This document shows, piece by piece, positions 39,818 to 51,978 of a DNA stretch of 64,000 bases. The DNA is taken from the NCBI GenBank assembly GCA_038087875.1, contig CM075987.1, positions 24,058,001 through 24,122,000 of the forward strand. Direction: 5' to 3'. Source of the DNA: Malacoraja senta. Taxonomy: Eukaryota. Numbering within the stretch: the stretch's first letter is position 1; the number at the start of each line of letters is the position of its first letter. Made by a program: the position numbers and the translations under genes. Below the pieces are notes generated by a model. The model saw nothing but the letters and a program-made list of their open reading frames with translations, was not told the DNA's origin and made no database searches.

Positions 39818-40427
39818 GGCTACAAAGGAGTCAACTTGGTGACCAAAGCAAACCTAACCCAAATATTAAAGTCCTGTACATGCGATTATAATGTACTGGG
39901 CTAAAACAGGCTGCTGCATCCATGAAACAGTCGACAATTCTTTGAAACATAAAATACAAAATTGCTGGAAGTACTCAAAATCTCCAGGCAACAGTTAGAG
40001 TCAGAGTCACACAGCATGGAAACAGGCCCTTCAGCCCAACTTGTCCACGCCGACCAACATACTGAAACATACAGAATAGTGAAAGGCTTGTATCGAGTGG
40101 ATGTGGAGAGGATGTTTCCACTGGTGGCAGAGTCTGGGACCAGAGGTCATAGCCTCAGAATTAAAGGACGTTCTTTGAGGAAGGAGATGAGGAGGTATTT
40201 CTTTAGTCAGAGGGTGGTGAATTAGTGGAAGGCTGTGGAGGCCAAGCCAGTGGATATTTTTAAGGCAGAGATAGATTTATTCTTGATTAGCATAGGTGTC
40301 AGAGGCCATGGCGAGAATGCAGGAGCATTCCTCCTAACCATGATAGATCAGCCATGATTGAATGGCGGAGTAGACTTGATGGGCCAAATGGCCTAATTCT
40401 ACTCCTATACCTTATGACTTTATGATA

Positions 40428-40925
40428 ACATGCCCCATCTAAGCTAGTCCCACCTGCCTGCATTTGGTCCATATCCCTCTAAACCTTTCCCATCCATGTA
40501 CCTGTCCAATAGTCTTCTAAATATTGTTATAGTACCTGCCTCAACTACCTCCTCTGGCAGCTTGTTCCATGTATGCACCACCTTCTGTGTGAAAAAGCTG
40601 CCCCACTGTTTCCTATTACATCTTTCCCTTCTCACCTTAAACCTATGTCCTCCGGTCCTTGATTCCCCTCCTCTGGGTACAAGACTCTGCACATTCATCC
40701 TATCTAGTTCCCTCATGATATTATGCACCGCTATAAGATCATTCCTCAGCCTCCAATGCAACAGGGAATAAAGTCCTAGCCTGCTCAACATCTCCTTCCT
40801 GCTCAGACCCGTGAGTTCTGAAAGCATGAATCTTCTCTGCACTCTTTGCAGCATAAAGGCATCCTCCCTACTGCAGGGTGACGAGAATTAACACAATACT
40901 CCAAATTCAGCCTCACCACTGTGTT
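40428..40925 (-). mobile_element. CR1 3' fragment
   Basis: LQRVQRRF...LGLYSL..RLRNDLI...FFTQKVVHTWNKLP. Confidence 0.85.
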
Positions 40926-41120
40926 GTACCCCTGGCAGATGTGGCTGCAAAGGAATTAGCTGAAAAGAGTTAACATTTTTGTCTCTTGACTTATTGCCAG
41001 AACTAATACAAGTTAGCAAGCCAGGTTTGTCAACTTATATCCCAGTTCATTAACTAGATATCTAAGTATCCCCTCTTTGCTCTTCCTTTTGTACTGTGTG
41101 TTTGGCTTGATTGTATTTAA

Positions 41121-42058
41121 AGAGTCATAGAGTCATAGAATTATAGTCATACAGTATGGCAACAGGCCCTTCGGTCCAACTTGCCCACACCGGCCAACAT
41201 GTCCCCTCTACACTAGTCCCACCCACCTGCATTTGCCCCATATCCCTCTAAACCTGTCCTATCCACGTACCTGTCTAACTATTTCTAAAACTTTGCGACA
41301 GTCCCTGCCTCAACTACCTCCACCGGCAGCTCGTTCTCCTTTGTGTGAGAAAGGTACCCTTCAGATTCCGATAAAATCTTTCTCCCTTCACCTTAAACCT
41401 ATTCCCTCGGGTTCTTGATTCCCCAACTGTGGGCAAGAGATTGTGTGCGTCTACCCCGATCTATTCCTCGCATGATTTTATACACCTCTATAAGATCACA
41501 CTTCATCCTCCTGCATTCCAGGGAGTAGAGACCCAGCCTGTTCAACCTCTCCCTGAAGCTCAGACCCTCGAGTCCTGGAAAGTCCTGTAAAGTATTAACC
41601 ATATAACAATTACAGCACGGAAACAGGCCATCTCGGCCCTTCTAGTCCGTGCCGAACACTTACTCTCACCTAGTCCCATCCACCTGCACTCAGACCATAA
41701 CCCTCCAATCCTTTCCCGTCCATATACCTATCCAATTTATTTTTAAATGATAAAATCGAACCTGCCTCCACCACTTCCACTGGAAGCTCATTCCACACAG
41801 CTACCACTCTCTGGGTAAAGAAATCCCCCCTCATGTTACCCCTAAACTTCTGTCCCTTAATTCTCAAATCATGTCCTCTTGTTTGAATCTTCCCTACTCT
41901 CAATGGAAAAAGCTTATCCGCATCAACTCTGTCTATCCCACTCATTATTTTAAAGACCTCTATCAAGTCCCCCCTTAACCTTCTGCGCTCCATAGAACAA
42001 AGACCTATCTTGTTCAACCTTTCTCTGTAACTTAGGTGCTGAAACCCAGGCAACATAT
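41121..42058 (-). mobile_element. Two adjacent CR1 3' fragments (about 41121-41580 and 41597-42058)
   Basis: LSFRERLNRLGLYSLE; LSYRERLNKIGLCSMERRRLRGDLIEVFKIM..WNELP. Confidence 0.9.
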
Positions 42059-43233
42059 TATCTGATCTGATTGCAAAGCATGCAGACAAAAGCTTTTCAC
42101 TGTGCCTCGGTACATGTGACAATAAACCTAAACCTAAGTTCTGACAAAGGGTTAACTTGGTTTCACTTTTCACTTGCACTGCCTGACCAGTGTTATGCAC
42201 TCTTATTTCAGATTGCCACATATACAGTACTTAGCTTTTGGATGCAGCTTTAGTAGCCTGGCTATGTCACATCCCAACCTGACCTCAGCACTGAGGAAAT
42301 TGTGCATAAGCCTGCAGAATAAAATTTGCAACCTGGTGCTTGCTTTCCAATTCCATTATTTATTGGAGAGCTGTCAACGTTGTCAAGGACTTTGGATGCT
42401 TTTTGAATGTCTTCACAAACATAGAAAAATCATTAAAAATCAATTAACTGATTGAAAGAATACAACAACAAAAAATTAAACTAAACCTAAATCACTTCAA
42501 AACACTTTCCACAATTAAAAACGTCAAACAAAACTCAATTAATTTAATAAAATGCGAATTTCCCTTTTGCAGTCCCTTCTCACTGACCGCATTTCTCCGC
42601 ATTCACTTGAATGACTTTACTGTGCATGCACCAGTGTCTCTACCACTGTGGTGTGACTAAGAACTCACTGGTGGGACTCAGCCGGTAAGTTTGAGACCTG
42701 GGTACTTGTGCAGAAGTCCCAAATTTCCTGCCCCATAGGAACATATAGGAACCTGAGGGGGTAACTTTTTCACACAGAGGGTGGTGGGTATACGGAACGA
42801 GCTGCTGGAGGTCATAAGGTCATAAGGAATAGGAGTAGAATTAGGCCATTCGGCCCATCAAGTCTACTCCGCCATTCAATCGTGGCTGATCTATCTCTCC
42901 CTCCGAACCCCATTCTCCTGCCTTCTCCCCATAACCTCTGACACCTGTGCTAATCAAATCAAAGAGGTAGTTGGGGCAGGGACTATCGCAACGTTTAAGA
43001 AACACTTTGACAGGTGCATGGATAGTACAGGTTTAGAGGGATATGGGCCAACTGCAGGCTGGTGGGACTAGTGTAGATGGGACATGTTGGTTGGGGGGGG
43101 CAAGTTACATTGTAAATGGATCGATTGTAATCATGTATTGTCTTTCTGCTGACCGGTTAGCACACAACAAAAGCTTTTCACTCTACCTCGGTATCCGTGA
43201 CAATAAACTAAACTGAACTAATCTCTATTCCTA

Positions 43234-43460
43234 GATAGACACAAAATGCTGGAGTAACTCAGTGGGACAGGCAGCATCTCTGGAGAGAAGGAATGGGTGA
43301 TGTTTCGTGTCGAGACCCATCATCAGTCTGAAGAAGGGTCTCGCCCTGAAACGTCACCCATTCCTTCTCCCCAGAGATGCTGCCCGTCCTGCTGAGTTAC
43401 TCCAGCATTTTATGCCTATCTTCGATTTAAATCAGAATCTGCAGTTCTTTCCTACACATT
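43234..43460. mobile_element. Fold-back Penelope-derived unit with 13-bp TSD
   Basis: Arms meet at ..catcagtCTGAAGAagg..; ATCTCTATTCCTA at 43221-43233 and 43461-43473. Confidence 0.85.
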
Positions 43461-43680
43461 ATCTCTATTCCTATCTATACACTGTAAATGGCTTGATTGC
43501 AATCACGTATTGTCTTTCTGCTGGACTGAGTTGGGCCGAAGGGCCTGTTTCCACGCTGTTTGACTATGACTCTATAACATTAAAAAATATAAGTTTAAGT
43601 GGACCATTCTGTCCCTGTGGCCCATCCACCATTCAGTAAGATCGCGGCTGATCTTTAACAAATGCCACTTTCCTTCAATT

Positions 43681-43880
43681 NNNNNNNNNNNNNNNNNNNN
43701 NNNNNNNNNNNNNNNNNNNNNNNNNNNNNNNNNNNNNNNNNNNNNNNNNNNNNNNNNNNNNNNNNNNNNNNNNNNNNNNNNNNNNNNNNNNNNNNNNNNN
43801 NNNNNNNNNNNNNNNNNNNNNNNNNNNNNNNNNNNNNNNNNNNNNNNNNNNNNNNNNNNNNNNNNNNNNNNNNNNNNNNN
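43681..43880. other. Assembly gap
   Basis: 200 N. Confidence 1.
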
Positions 43881-43980
43881 TGGTGCCCAGGCGTGAGTTG
43901 AGGTAGAGGGAGGGCGTCATTAATCTGTCTGGGGTGACAAGGCTCTTGGGTTAGGCTGGGATCATTCTCTGCGGGATAAT

Positions 43981-44879
43981 CTTAGTGCAGGAGACAAGTG
44001 TAGGAGAGGTGTACTGACTGTGTGGGCAGACACTTTGGTAGTGATTGCCCACCAGTCTCAAAAGCCGCTGTGTCTCCTGTCCCTGGGATAGCAGGGGGCG
44101 ATCAAACAGCACAATACCCCCTCCCCCTCCACGCCAACACGAAGGGCAACGATCCCAAGGCTTTAGCGTCAGAAACAGCGGGCAGGCGACAATCACCCGC
44201 CATAACGCGAGAGAGACCATGAACTATTGTAGGTCTCCTTTACACGTCGGTGTTTCTGTCTTTCTCCATCTCATCGTTGGCCCTGTCTGTCGCCACCCCA
44301 CCCCCACCGCTCTGCTTCCCGGCCATGTGTGTGACCCCTTCCCTCCCCTCTCCAGCTCCCCGCCCATTGCACCGGGCGCGGGGGCTTTGCACTGTCTTCA
44401 CGTCGGCGATGTCAGCAGGTCAGTGCCCGTCGCCCCGGGTCAGATGCTCGGGGGCTCTCTCCCAGCGCGGCCCCGGACCGGGGGGGGGGGATGGGAGTCA
44501 GCGGGCACGCCGGCTCTGCCACACCATGGGCCGCCGCCAACCAAGCCACCCATCCACGTCCACACGCTCGGTAGAACAGGAGCTGAGACTGGGAACTGTA
44601 CCGCCCTTGCCCCCTCCCTCTGCAACTGCAAACAACCCCACTCTCCTCCTCACCTTTAGACAAGTAAACCCTTCCCATCCGTTTATCTGTCGTTGATAAC
44701 CTCAAGAAAATTCCTGCAAATGGGTCCAACTCAGAGAGAAGTCTCCCCCCTTTCCAGGGTTAATCGCTCCACTGTTTATAATGCTTCCTGCATTATGAAG
44801 TCCTCGACAGTGAACCCCATGGGCAATCACTACCAAAGTGTCTGCCCACACAGTCAGTACACTTGTCTCCCGTACTAAG
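43981..44879. repeat. GC-rich block bounded by inverted repeats (unclassified element)
   Basis: Perfect 43-bp IR 44009-44051 / 44820-44862, extending imperfectly to 43981 / 44879. Confidence 0.7.
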
Positions 44880-45089
44880 TCACACCAACCCCCCCACCCC
44901 TCCCTCCTCCCCCCCCCACCCCCCCACCCCCCCCCCCACCCCCCCCCCCCCCACACCTTTCCCCTCCCAACTCCAGTCCCGTCCCGACCCTCTGGGAAAC
45001 TGAAGGGAGTGACAATCAACTGCCACGGATACAAATAATGTCATACACGAGAAAGGGCAGATGCTGGTTGACAAAAAGTGTAATAATAG

Positions 45090-45900
45090 TGATAGTAATA
45101 GTAATTTTATTGTCAATTCAAATAATGTAACGAGTAGTTACACAGAGGATTGAAATTGCGTTTCCCCATACTCCAATGTGCAAGTAATATTTATAACACA
45201 GACAGACAGTGTACCAATAAAAATAGACAATGGACATATACATTATATAAAATATTCATTAATAAAAGGTGCAATATAGAAAAGTGCAAGTGGCATACTG
45301 CAGACATTGGGTTAAAGTTAATTTGACAGTCAGTTGGTCTTTGTGTAATGTTCATGGAATTTTCTTGAGTGTGTTGAGTAGTCTGATGGCCTGAGGGAAA
45401 AAGCTGTTTTTGAATCTTGTGGTTTTGCTCCGCATGCTGCGGGTAGCACTTGCCGGATGGTAGGAGGGTGAACAGTTTGTGTGCTGGGTGGGTGGTGTCT
45501 TTGATGATATTGGTTGCTCTCTTGCGACAGCGAGATGGGTATAAGTCTTGAATTGCTGGTTGGGGTGATCTAGTGATCTTCTCCGTTGTCCTCACCACTC
45601 TCTGTAGGGCCTTCTGGTCAGCAGCAGAGCAACTGCCATACCAGACTGAGAGACTGCTGGTAAGAATGCTCTCAATGGCACCCCTGTAAAAAGTTGTGAG
45701 GGCAGAAGGGGGAGGTCGGCTCTCCTCATCCGTCGAAGGAAGTGGAGGCGTTGCTGTGCTTTCTTGACTAGGGAGATGGTGTTGGTGGATCATGTCTGAT
45801 CATCTGTGATGTGTACTCCCAGGAACTTGGTGCTTTTCACAGACTCCACTGCACTGCCATTTATGGTGAGTGGGGGTGTGTGCTGCCTGTTTCTTCCTGA
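45090..45900 (-). mobile_element. Rex/Babar LINE 3' fragment
   Basis: FYRGAIESILTSSLSVWYGSC...LQRVVR...HPAHKLFTLLPSGK. Confidence 0.85.
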
Positions 45901-46004
45901 TGAACACACGGTGCTGGAGTTACACAAAGACACAGCAGAAATTTGGAAATGTCATCCCATCACCCATTCCTTCTCTCCAGAGATGCTGCCTGCCCGCTGA
46001 GTTA

Positions 46005-46314
46005 AAGAGTTCCCACGGTAGACTCACGAGTCACAAAGGTAAATGCATGGGCCACTGCGTTCTTACAACGTGTTTAAATGTTTCAAATTTTAACCTCAAG
46101 AGTACATTTTACTCGTGGAAAAGTTTAAACATGTTTGAATTTTTCCAAGAGTTAACAAGTGTCACGGGTACCTGCCGTTAGCGCCACGAGTCGCTAAGTT
46201 GCGTCCACGAGTTCCGACGTTCCCGCTACGTTAATCGTACGTGATTACCACGAGTTAAATTTGTTTTACGCTCGGGGTGCCTCGTGGGTCAGCTCGCACA
46301 ATGAGACAGGGGTT
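46005..46314. mobile_element. Degenerate Harbinger-like MITE related to 10253-10572
   Basis: Shares gtacctgccgttagcg..ccgacgt.cccgctacgtt..taccacgagtt; right end ATGAGACAGGGGTT plus TTA; TTA at 46002-46004. Confidence 0.65.
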
Positions 46315-46367
46315 TTAGTCAACGTCCCTTGAACTTAAAGCAATGTGAAGATCCGTGGGCTGGATGG

Positions 46368-46660
46368 TTTAGATTATTTTGGAGATATGGCACGGAAACA
46401 CCGAGTCGGCGCCGACCAGCGATCCCCGCACACCAACATTACCCGACACACACCAGGGACAATTGTACATTTACACCGAGCCAATTAACATACAAACCTG
46501 AGCGACTTTGGAGTGTGGGAGGAAACCAAAGATCCCGAAGAAGACCCATGCAGGTCATGGGGAGAACGTACAAACTCTTTGCGGACAAGCACCCATAGTC
46601 AGGATCGAACCGGGGTTTCTTGCGCTGTAAGGCAGCAACTGTACCGCTACACCACCGTGC
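46368..46660 (-). mobile_element. V-SINE
   Basis: Head, V-domain and tail. Confidence 0.8.
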
Positions 46661-47519
46661 AATATAAAATAATGACTTGACGTACATGCAAAACTCTTCT
46701 GTGAAATCTGGCACGCATCTTAAAATATTTACATTTTTCATAAAGAAAAGTTTGATCGTGATTCTGCAGAGCGGGCAATTTTTTAAACAATTGTAACTGA
46801 AGGAAAGGTTGGAATAGCGAGCATTTTGTTCGTAACAAAGCATCAAACAGCGCACAAGGAGATCACTTGGCACATTGTGCCTGTGCCAGGTCTTTGGAAG
46901 TACTTTCAATTGTCTGCCTCCTACGCTACCCTCCCTAGCCCTGCAACGCTTTTTTTCCTTAAATGTAAAACTGAATGGGACAAAAGTGAAAGGTTTTTCA
47001 AGGTGAGACTGGAGAAATAGTTCATTGTGTCATAGAGTGACACAGCGTTGAAACAGGCCCTTCGGACCAACTTGCCCACACCGACCAACATGTCCCATCT
47101 ACACTAGTCCCACCTGCCTGCATTTGGCCCAAATCCCTCTAAGCCCCGTCCTACCCCATGTAGCTAGAAACATAGAAAGATAGAAAATAGGTTGAGGAGT
47201 AGGCCATTCGGCCATTCGAGCCAGCACCGCCATTCAATATGATCATGGCTGATCATCCAAAATCTGTCTGAATGGTTCTTAAGCATTGCGATAGTGACGT
47301 TTGTGAGCTTAACAGAACAGTGAGCATGAACTTAGTGAAATGATCTTTAAATGAATAATGGCAGAAGTGTATGGTTTCCAACCTGTTCCCATGGAATAGG
47401 TAATGAGAAGATAATCTTAGTGGATCCACGACATGCTTCATGACAACCACTGTTCCTTTCCCATCCCTTTTACCTTTGCAATTCAGAATAAAAAGATAGA
47501 GCAACTCCATGTTCTAAAC

Positions 47520-47732
47520 CAAGGGATCCCAACCTGGGGTACATTTATCCCCAAGGGGTAAATTTGTTGATTCTGGATTTGTATACATTTTTTCTCATTG
47601 ACTGACTGTGTTTGGTTCTGGTACACCGGTATCTGTTCGTCATTAGTTGTTCATAAATAAGTGAAATAACATTGTTATGTGCTATTAAAGTTGCCAGGGG
47701 TAAACGGGACGAAAAAAGGTTGGGAACCCCTG
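47520..47732. mobile_element. hAT (Charlie-like) MITE
   Basis: TIR CAAGGGATCCCAACCT / AGGTTGGGAACCCCTG; TSD TTCTAAAC / TTCTAAAT. Confidence 0.85.
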
Positions 47733-47890
47733 TTCTAAATCCTTTACCTATATCTCTGTGATCATTGAGTAATTGCACCAAACAGCTGCCATGGATTGCT
47801 GACAGAATGGATGAAGTAGTCTATCCATTGCCAATCTCATCTTCTGCAGAGAGGCACGGCGTAAACTCCAACCCATTCTCGCACAGTCTT

Positions 47891-48745
47891 TTTAGTTTAA
47901 TTTAGTTTAGAGATACAGCTCGGAAACAGGCCCGGCCGTGATCCCCGCACACTAACACTATCCTACACACACAAGGGACGACTTACAATTATACCAAAGC
48001 CAATTAACCGACAAACCTGTACGTCTTTGGAGTGTGGGACATCCTGGAGAAAACTCACGCAGGTCTCTGGGAGAATGTACAAACTCCGTACAGACAGCAC
48101 CCATAGTCAGGATCGAACCCGGGTCCCTGGCGCTGTAAGGCAGCAACTCTACCGCTGCGCCGCTGTGCCGTACTCACAGAAGAAGACAATAGTTACCAAT
48201 ATGACTGGCTGTTGGGACATGAGACTATTTTGTGATGTTTTAGGCACTGCTACATAATTGATGCTCATTGATACCTTAGCTCAAAGTGGTTGTGTCCCTC
48301 ACACAGAATAATATTGTTACATTTAATAGAACCATTATTTTCCAAAATAATTCCCAAATATTTCTTTGATAGATCATTTTTATTTGCAGTTTGCACGGGT
48401 AACAAGATTTCAGCAGCACAGTGGCGCAACTGGCAGTGCAACTGTTTCAGTGCGCCAGAGACATAGATTCGATCCTGACCTCATGTGCTGTCTGTGTGGA
48501 GTCTGCACGTTCACCCAGTGGCCGTGTGGGTTCCCTACAGATGCTCCAGTTTCCTCCCGCATCCCAAAGACGTGCGGGCTGGTAGGTTAATGGGCCTCTG
48601 TAATTTACCCCTAGTGTGCCGAGAGTGGGTGTGAAAGAGGGTCAACATGAAACTACTGTGAATGGGTGATCGATGGCCGGCGTGGACAAGGTGGGCCGAA
48701 TGGCCTGCTTCCATGCCGTATCTTTCAATCAATTCAATCAATCAG
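47891..48745. mobile_element. Two V-SINEs (47891-48170 on -, 48415-48745 on +)
   Basis: Head, V-domain and tail in each. Confidence 0.8.
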
Positions 48746-49036
48746 TTATTGATTTTCCAATTAAACTGCCTTTGTTTATGATGCTAACAAAATATCCTTA
48801 GAAATTATAATGTAACAGTTGCCACAGTATATATTTAAAATCAGCTTGCAAAGGCTGTTGATTGAAGGCTCCTCACCGTGTGTGTGTGTGTGAATACCAA
48901 TTAAATAGTTAAACCTTTTAACAAAGAAAGTAATATCAGATCTTCAACCAAGACTATGGAAAAATTAATTCACAGGTTTTAATAGGGTTCTATTATAAGC
49001 AGGTATATGAATAAAACAGCATTCTCATATTCTTAC

Positions 49037-49112
49037 CCTTGTCCATTCAATGGAATTAACAAGTAATAGTCTTTCATAGGATTTACTAAATTGAGTCCCT
49101 TGCCCGTCAATG
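49037..49112 (-). CDS. Candidate 76-nt internal coding exon of an unidentified gene (x-IDGQGTQFSKSYERLLLVNSIEWTR)
   Basis: Acceptor ctggtttcttattgcAG|C, donor AGG|GTAAGA, open frame, unique AT-rich flanks. Confidence 0.6.
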
Positions 49113-49623
49113 CTGCAATAAGAAACCAGGACTTTGAAACTATGTGATGATGCAACTTTACATCGCTCTTCAATATTTCAAACTAAAGTTTGAATGACGT
49201 TTTTCAAATTACTTGTCACTTAATTTTAATCATATGCAGCTGTTTTGGCATCCAAATTCAGAGTTGTACATATCCCCTTTTTATTATGGATTTGGTGATT
49301 TTGTTTAAAAGATCATGAATGTTTCTATTCAATACCACAGTCAATTGTTGCTTACTGAATGGACAATATTCACTTTGAGTGAACTGAAGGCACCGTGGTG
49401 CAGCGGTAGAGTTGCTGCCTCACAGCACCAGGGACCCGGGTTTGATCCTGACTACGGGTGCTTGTCTGTACGGAATATATACGTTCTCCCCGTGACCTGC
49501 GTGGGTTTTATCTGGGAACTTCAGTTTCCTCCCACACTCCAAAGACGCACAGGTTTGTAGGTCAATTGGCTTGGGGTGACCTGTAAATTGTAAATTGTCC
49601 CTAGTGTGTGTAGGATAGTGTAA

Positions 49624-49942
49624 AGGGGCTGTCCCACTGTACGAGCTAATTCAAGAGTTCTCCCGAGTTTCCCCTGATTCGAACTCGGAGAATTACGGTA
49701 ATGACCGCTCGTAGGTACTCGGGGCTCTCGTGGACATTTTTCAACATGTTGAAAAATCTTCACGAGTCTTCACGAGCTTACCGCGTTTCCCGAGTACCTG
49801 CCGTTCGCGTTATGAGCCGCTAAGAGACTTCCCCGAGCTCCGACGTACCCGCTACGTACATTCTACGTGCTTACCACGAGTTTTAATTTTTTTTTGAACT
49901 CGGGAGAGCTCTTGAATTACCTCGTACAGTGGGACAGGCCCC
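49624..49942. mobile_element. Harbinger-like MITE (long-TIR family) inside V-SINE 49389-50023
   Basis: AGGGGCTGTCCCACTGTACGAG / CTCGTACAGTGGGACAGGCCCC; flanks TAA and TTA at SINE gatagtg[tta]gtgtg. Confidence 0.9.
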
Positions 49943-50888
49943 TTAGTGTGTGGGGATCGCTGGTCGGCGCGGACCCAGTGGGCTGAAGGGCCTGTTTCCA
50001 GCCTGTATCTCTAAACTAAACTGAAGAGCTCAAGTTGTACTATCAGCGGTAATGTATACTTGCATGCACAAAATGTACACCATCCGCAATGATTATGTTG
50101 TGTTTTTATTTTATCTTGTTTCCTTTTAAAGTGGTAGATGTTTCCCAGAATATGGGTGCAGAGACTTCATAAGCTTTATTCGAGAAAACTTCGCCAGTAT
50201 CCACATTCCTCTTCTATTTTATTTATTCAGTTTTTGGTCCTGGACATTACTGCAGAACCAGCATCCTTGAATTAGTTTAGTTTAGTTTAGAAATACACCT
50301 TAGGCCTACAGCGACCAGCGATCATCCATTCACACTAGTTCCATGTTATTCCACTTTCACATCCTGCACACTAGGATAATTTACAGAAGCCAATTAGTTT
50401 AGTTTAGAGATTTAGTTCAGTGATACAGTGTGGAAACAGGCCCTAAGGCCCACTGAGTCCATGCCAACCATCGATCACCCATTCACCAGTACTATGTCCT
50501 ACACACAAGCCACTTAAACTACAGACATGCACATCTTTGGAATGTGGGAGGAAAGCGGACCACCCCGAGAAAACCCACGTGGTCACAGGTAGAACGTGCA
50601 AACTCCGCACCGACATCACCCATAGACAGGATCGAACTTGGGTTTTTGCCGCAGAGAGATACCAGCTCTACTGCTGCGCCACTGTGCCCCAAATGACTGG
50701 CTTTCTGGGTAATTTCAGCGAGTAGAGAATATTTAAGAATCAACCGCACATATTGTCTGAAGGCACACATCGGCCAAACTGAGCAAGTATGGTAGATTTT
50801 CTTTAGTGAATAAATTGGGTTTCATAGGTCGCTACAAAATACTGGAGTAACTCAGCGGGACAGGCAGCATCTCTGGAGAGAAGGAATG

Positions 50889-50922
50889 GGTGACGTTTCG
50901 GGTCGAGACCCTTCTTCAGACT
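50889..50922 (-). ncRNA. Consensus minimal hammerhead ribozyme motif
   Basis: Minus strand AGT-CTGAAGA-A-GGGTCTCGACCC-GAAA-CG-TC-ACC. Confidence 0.6.
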
Positions 50923-51603
50923 GGTTCGTAGAACTAATCATTTGTTTTTCATAAGTTCTTAAGTTATAGGCATGCACCTTCAGCAACAGACTGGTTCCAC
51001 CAAGAGGCAGTACAGAACGCCACAGGAGATCCCTTTTCCCTGTGGCTCTCAAACTGTACAACTCCTCCCCCTTCTGTCGTGGGGTAGACTGACTCCTCTT
51101 CCTCCACCCCCTCCCCAATATTTGCTTGTCCCCAAACCTGGACTTTCCACTCATCGTTTTAATTTCATGTTTCACGTATCTTCTTGTGTTTTTCATGACT
51201 GTTGGAAGACTACTTTCCCTCCTGGGATAAATAAAGTTCTATCGTATCGGATCGGATCATATAGGAATAGAATGAGGCTATGCTGCCCATCAAGTATACT
51301 CCGCCATTCAATCATGGCCGATCTATGTTTCCCTCTCGACACCATTCTCCTGCCTTCTCTCCATAACCCTTGACACCCAGAATAATCAAGAATCTATCAA
51401 TCTCCTCCTTAGAAATATCGATTGTCTTGGCCTCCACAGCCGTCTGTGGCAATGAATTCCATAGATTCATCACCCTCTGACTAAAGATTTTATACCTCAA
51501 TTAAAAATGTCTGGATTAATTGAAATGAAATGTGAACTCAGCACTCCAAATGGCGAATCCAAGTAACTGGGTCTTTTTGAGTCCATGGAGCAGTACTTTA
51601 AAC

Positions 51604-51970
51604 CAAAGATCCTATAGCGAGCAAGATAGTCCACTCGACGAAAAAGACGTAGTACGGTCATGGGCAGATTCATGGGTCATTTTCGGCCCCATTTCCGTAA
51701 CCGGCTTCCGTCTCCGCACCAAAGATCCCGTAGCGGAGCAAAGATACTAGTGCGGAGACGGAAGCCGGTTACGGAAACATCCTCGTAAAAATAAAAGTTA
51801 TTTGGTAAAAATCTTCTCCTCATTTTCAGAATTATAATTTATTAACACAAACTGTTCCCCCGCAACGTTGATTACACTGCGAGTCGGGTTGGGTCGGGTC
51901 GGGTTACGGAAATGGTGAGCCCATTGCATTTAGCAGGAGTGGTCTATCTTGCTCCGCTATAGGATCTTTG
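51604..51970. mobile_element. Non-autonomous DNA transposon with 8-bp TSD (hAT- or P-like)
   Basis: About 34-bp TIR CAAAGATCCTATAGCG(G)AGCAAGATAGWCCACTC; CTTTAAAC at 51596-51603 and 51971-51978. Confidence 0.9.
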
Positions 51971-51978
51971 CTTTAAAC

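Noticed and set aside
43662..43920. ORFs spanning the N run
   Set aside because: Artefacts of the assembly gap
44885..44970. G-quadruplex or proline-rich ORF
   Set aside because: Low-complexity poly-C tract; no evidence of function, and prone to sequencing error
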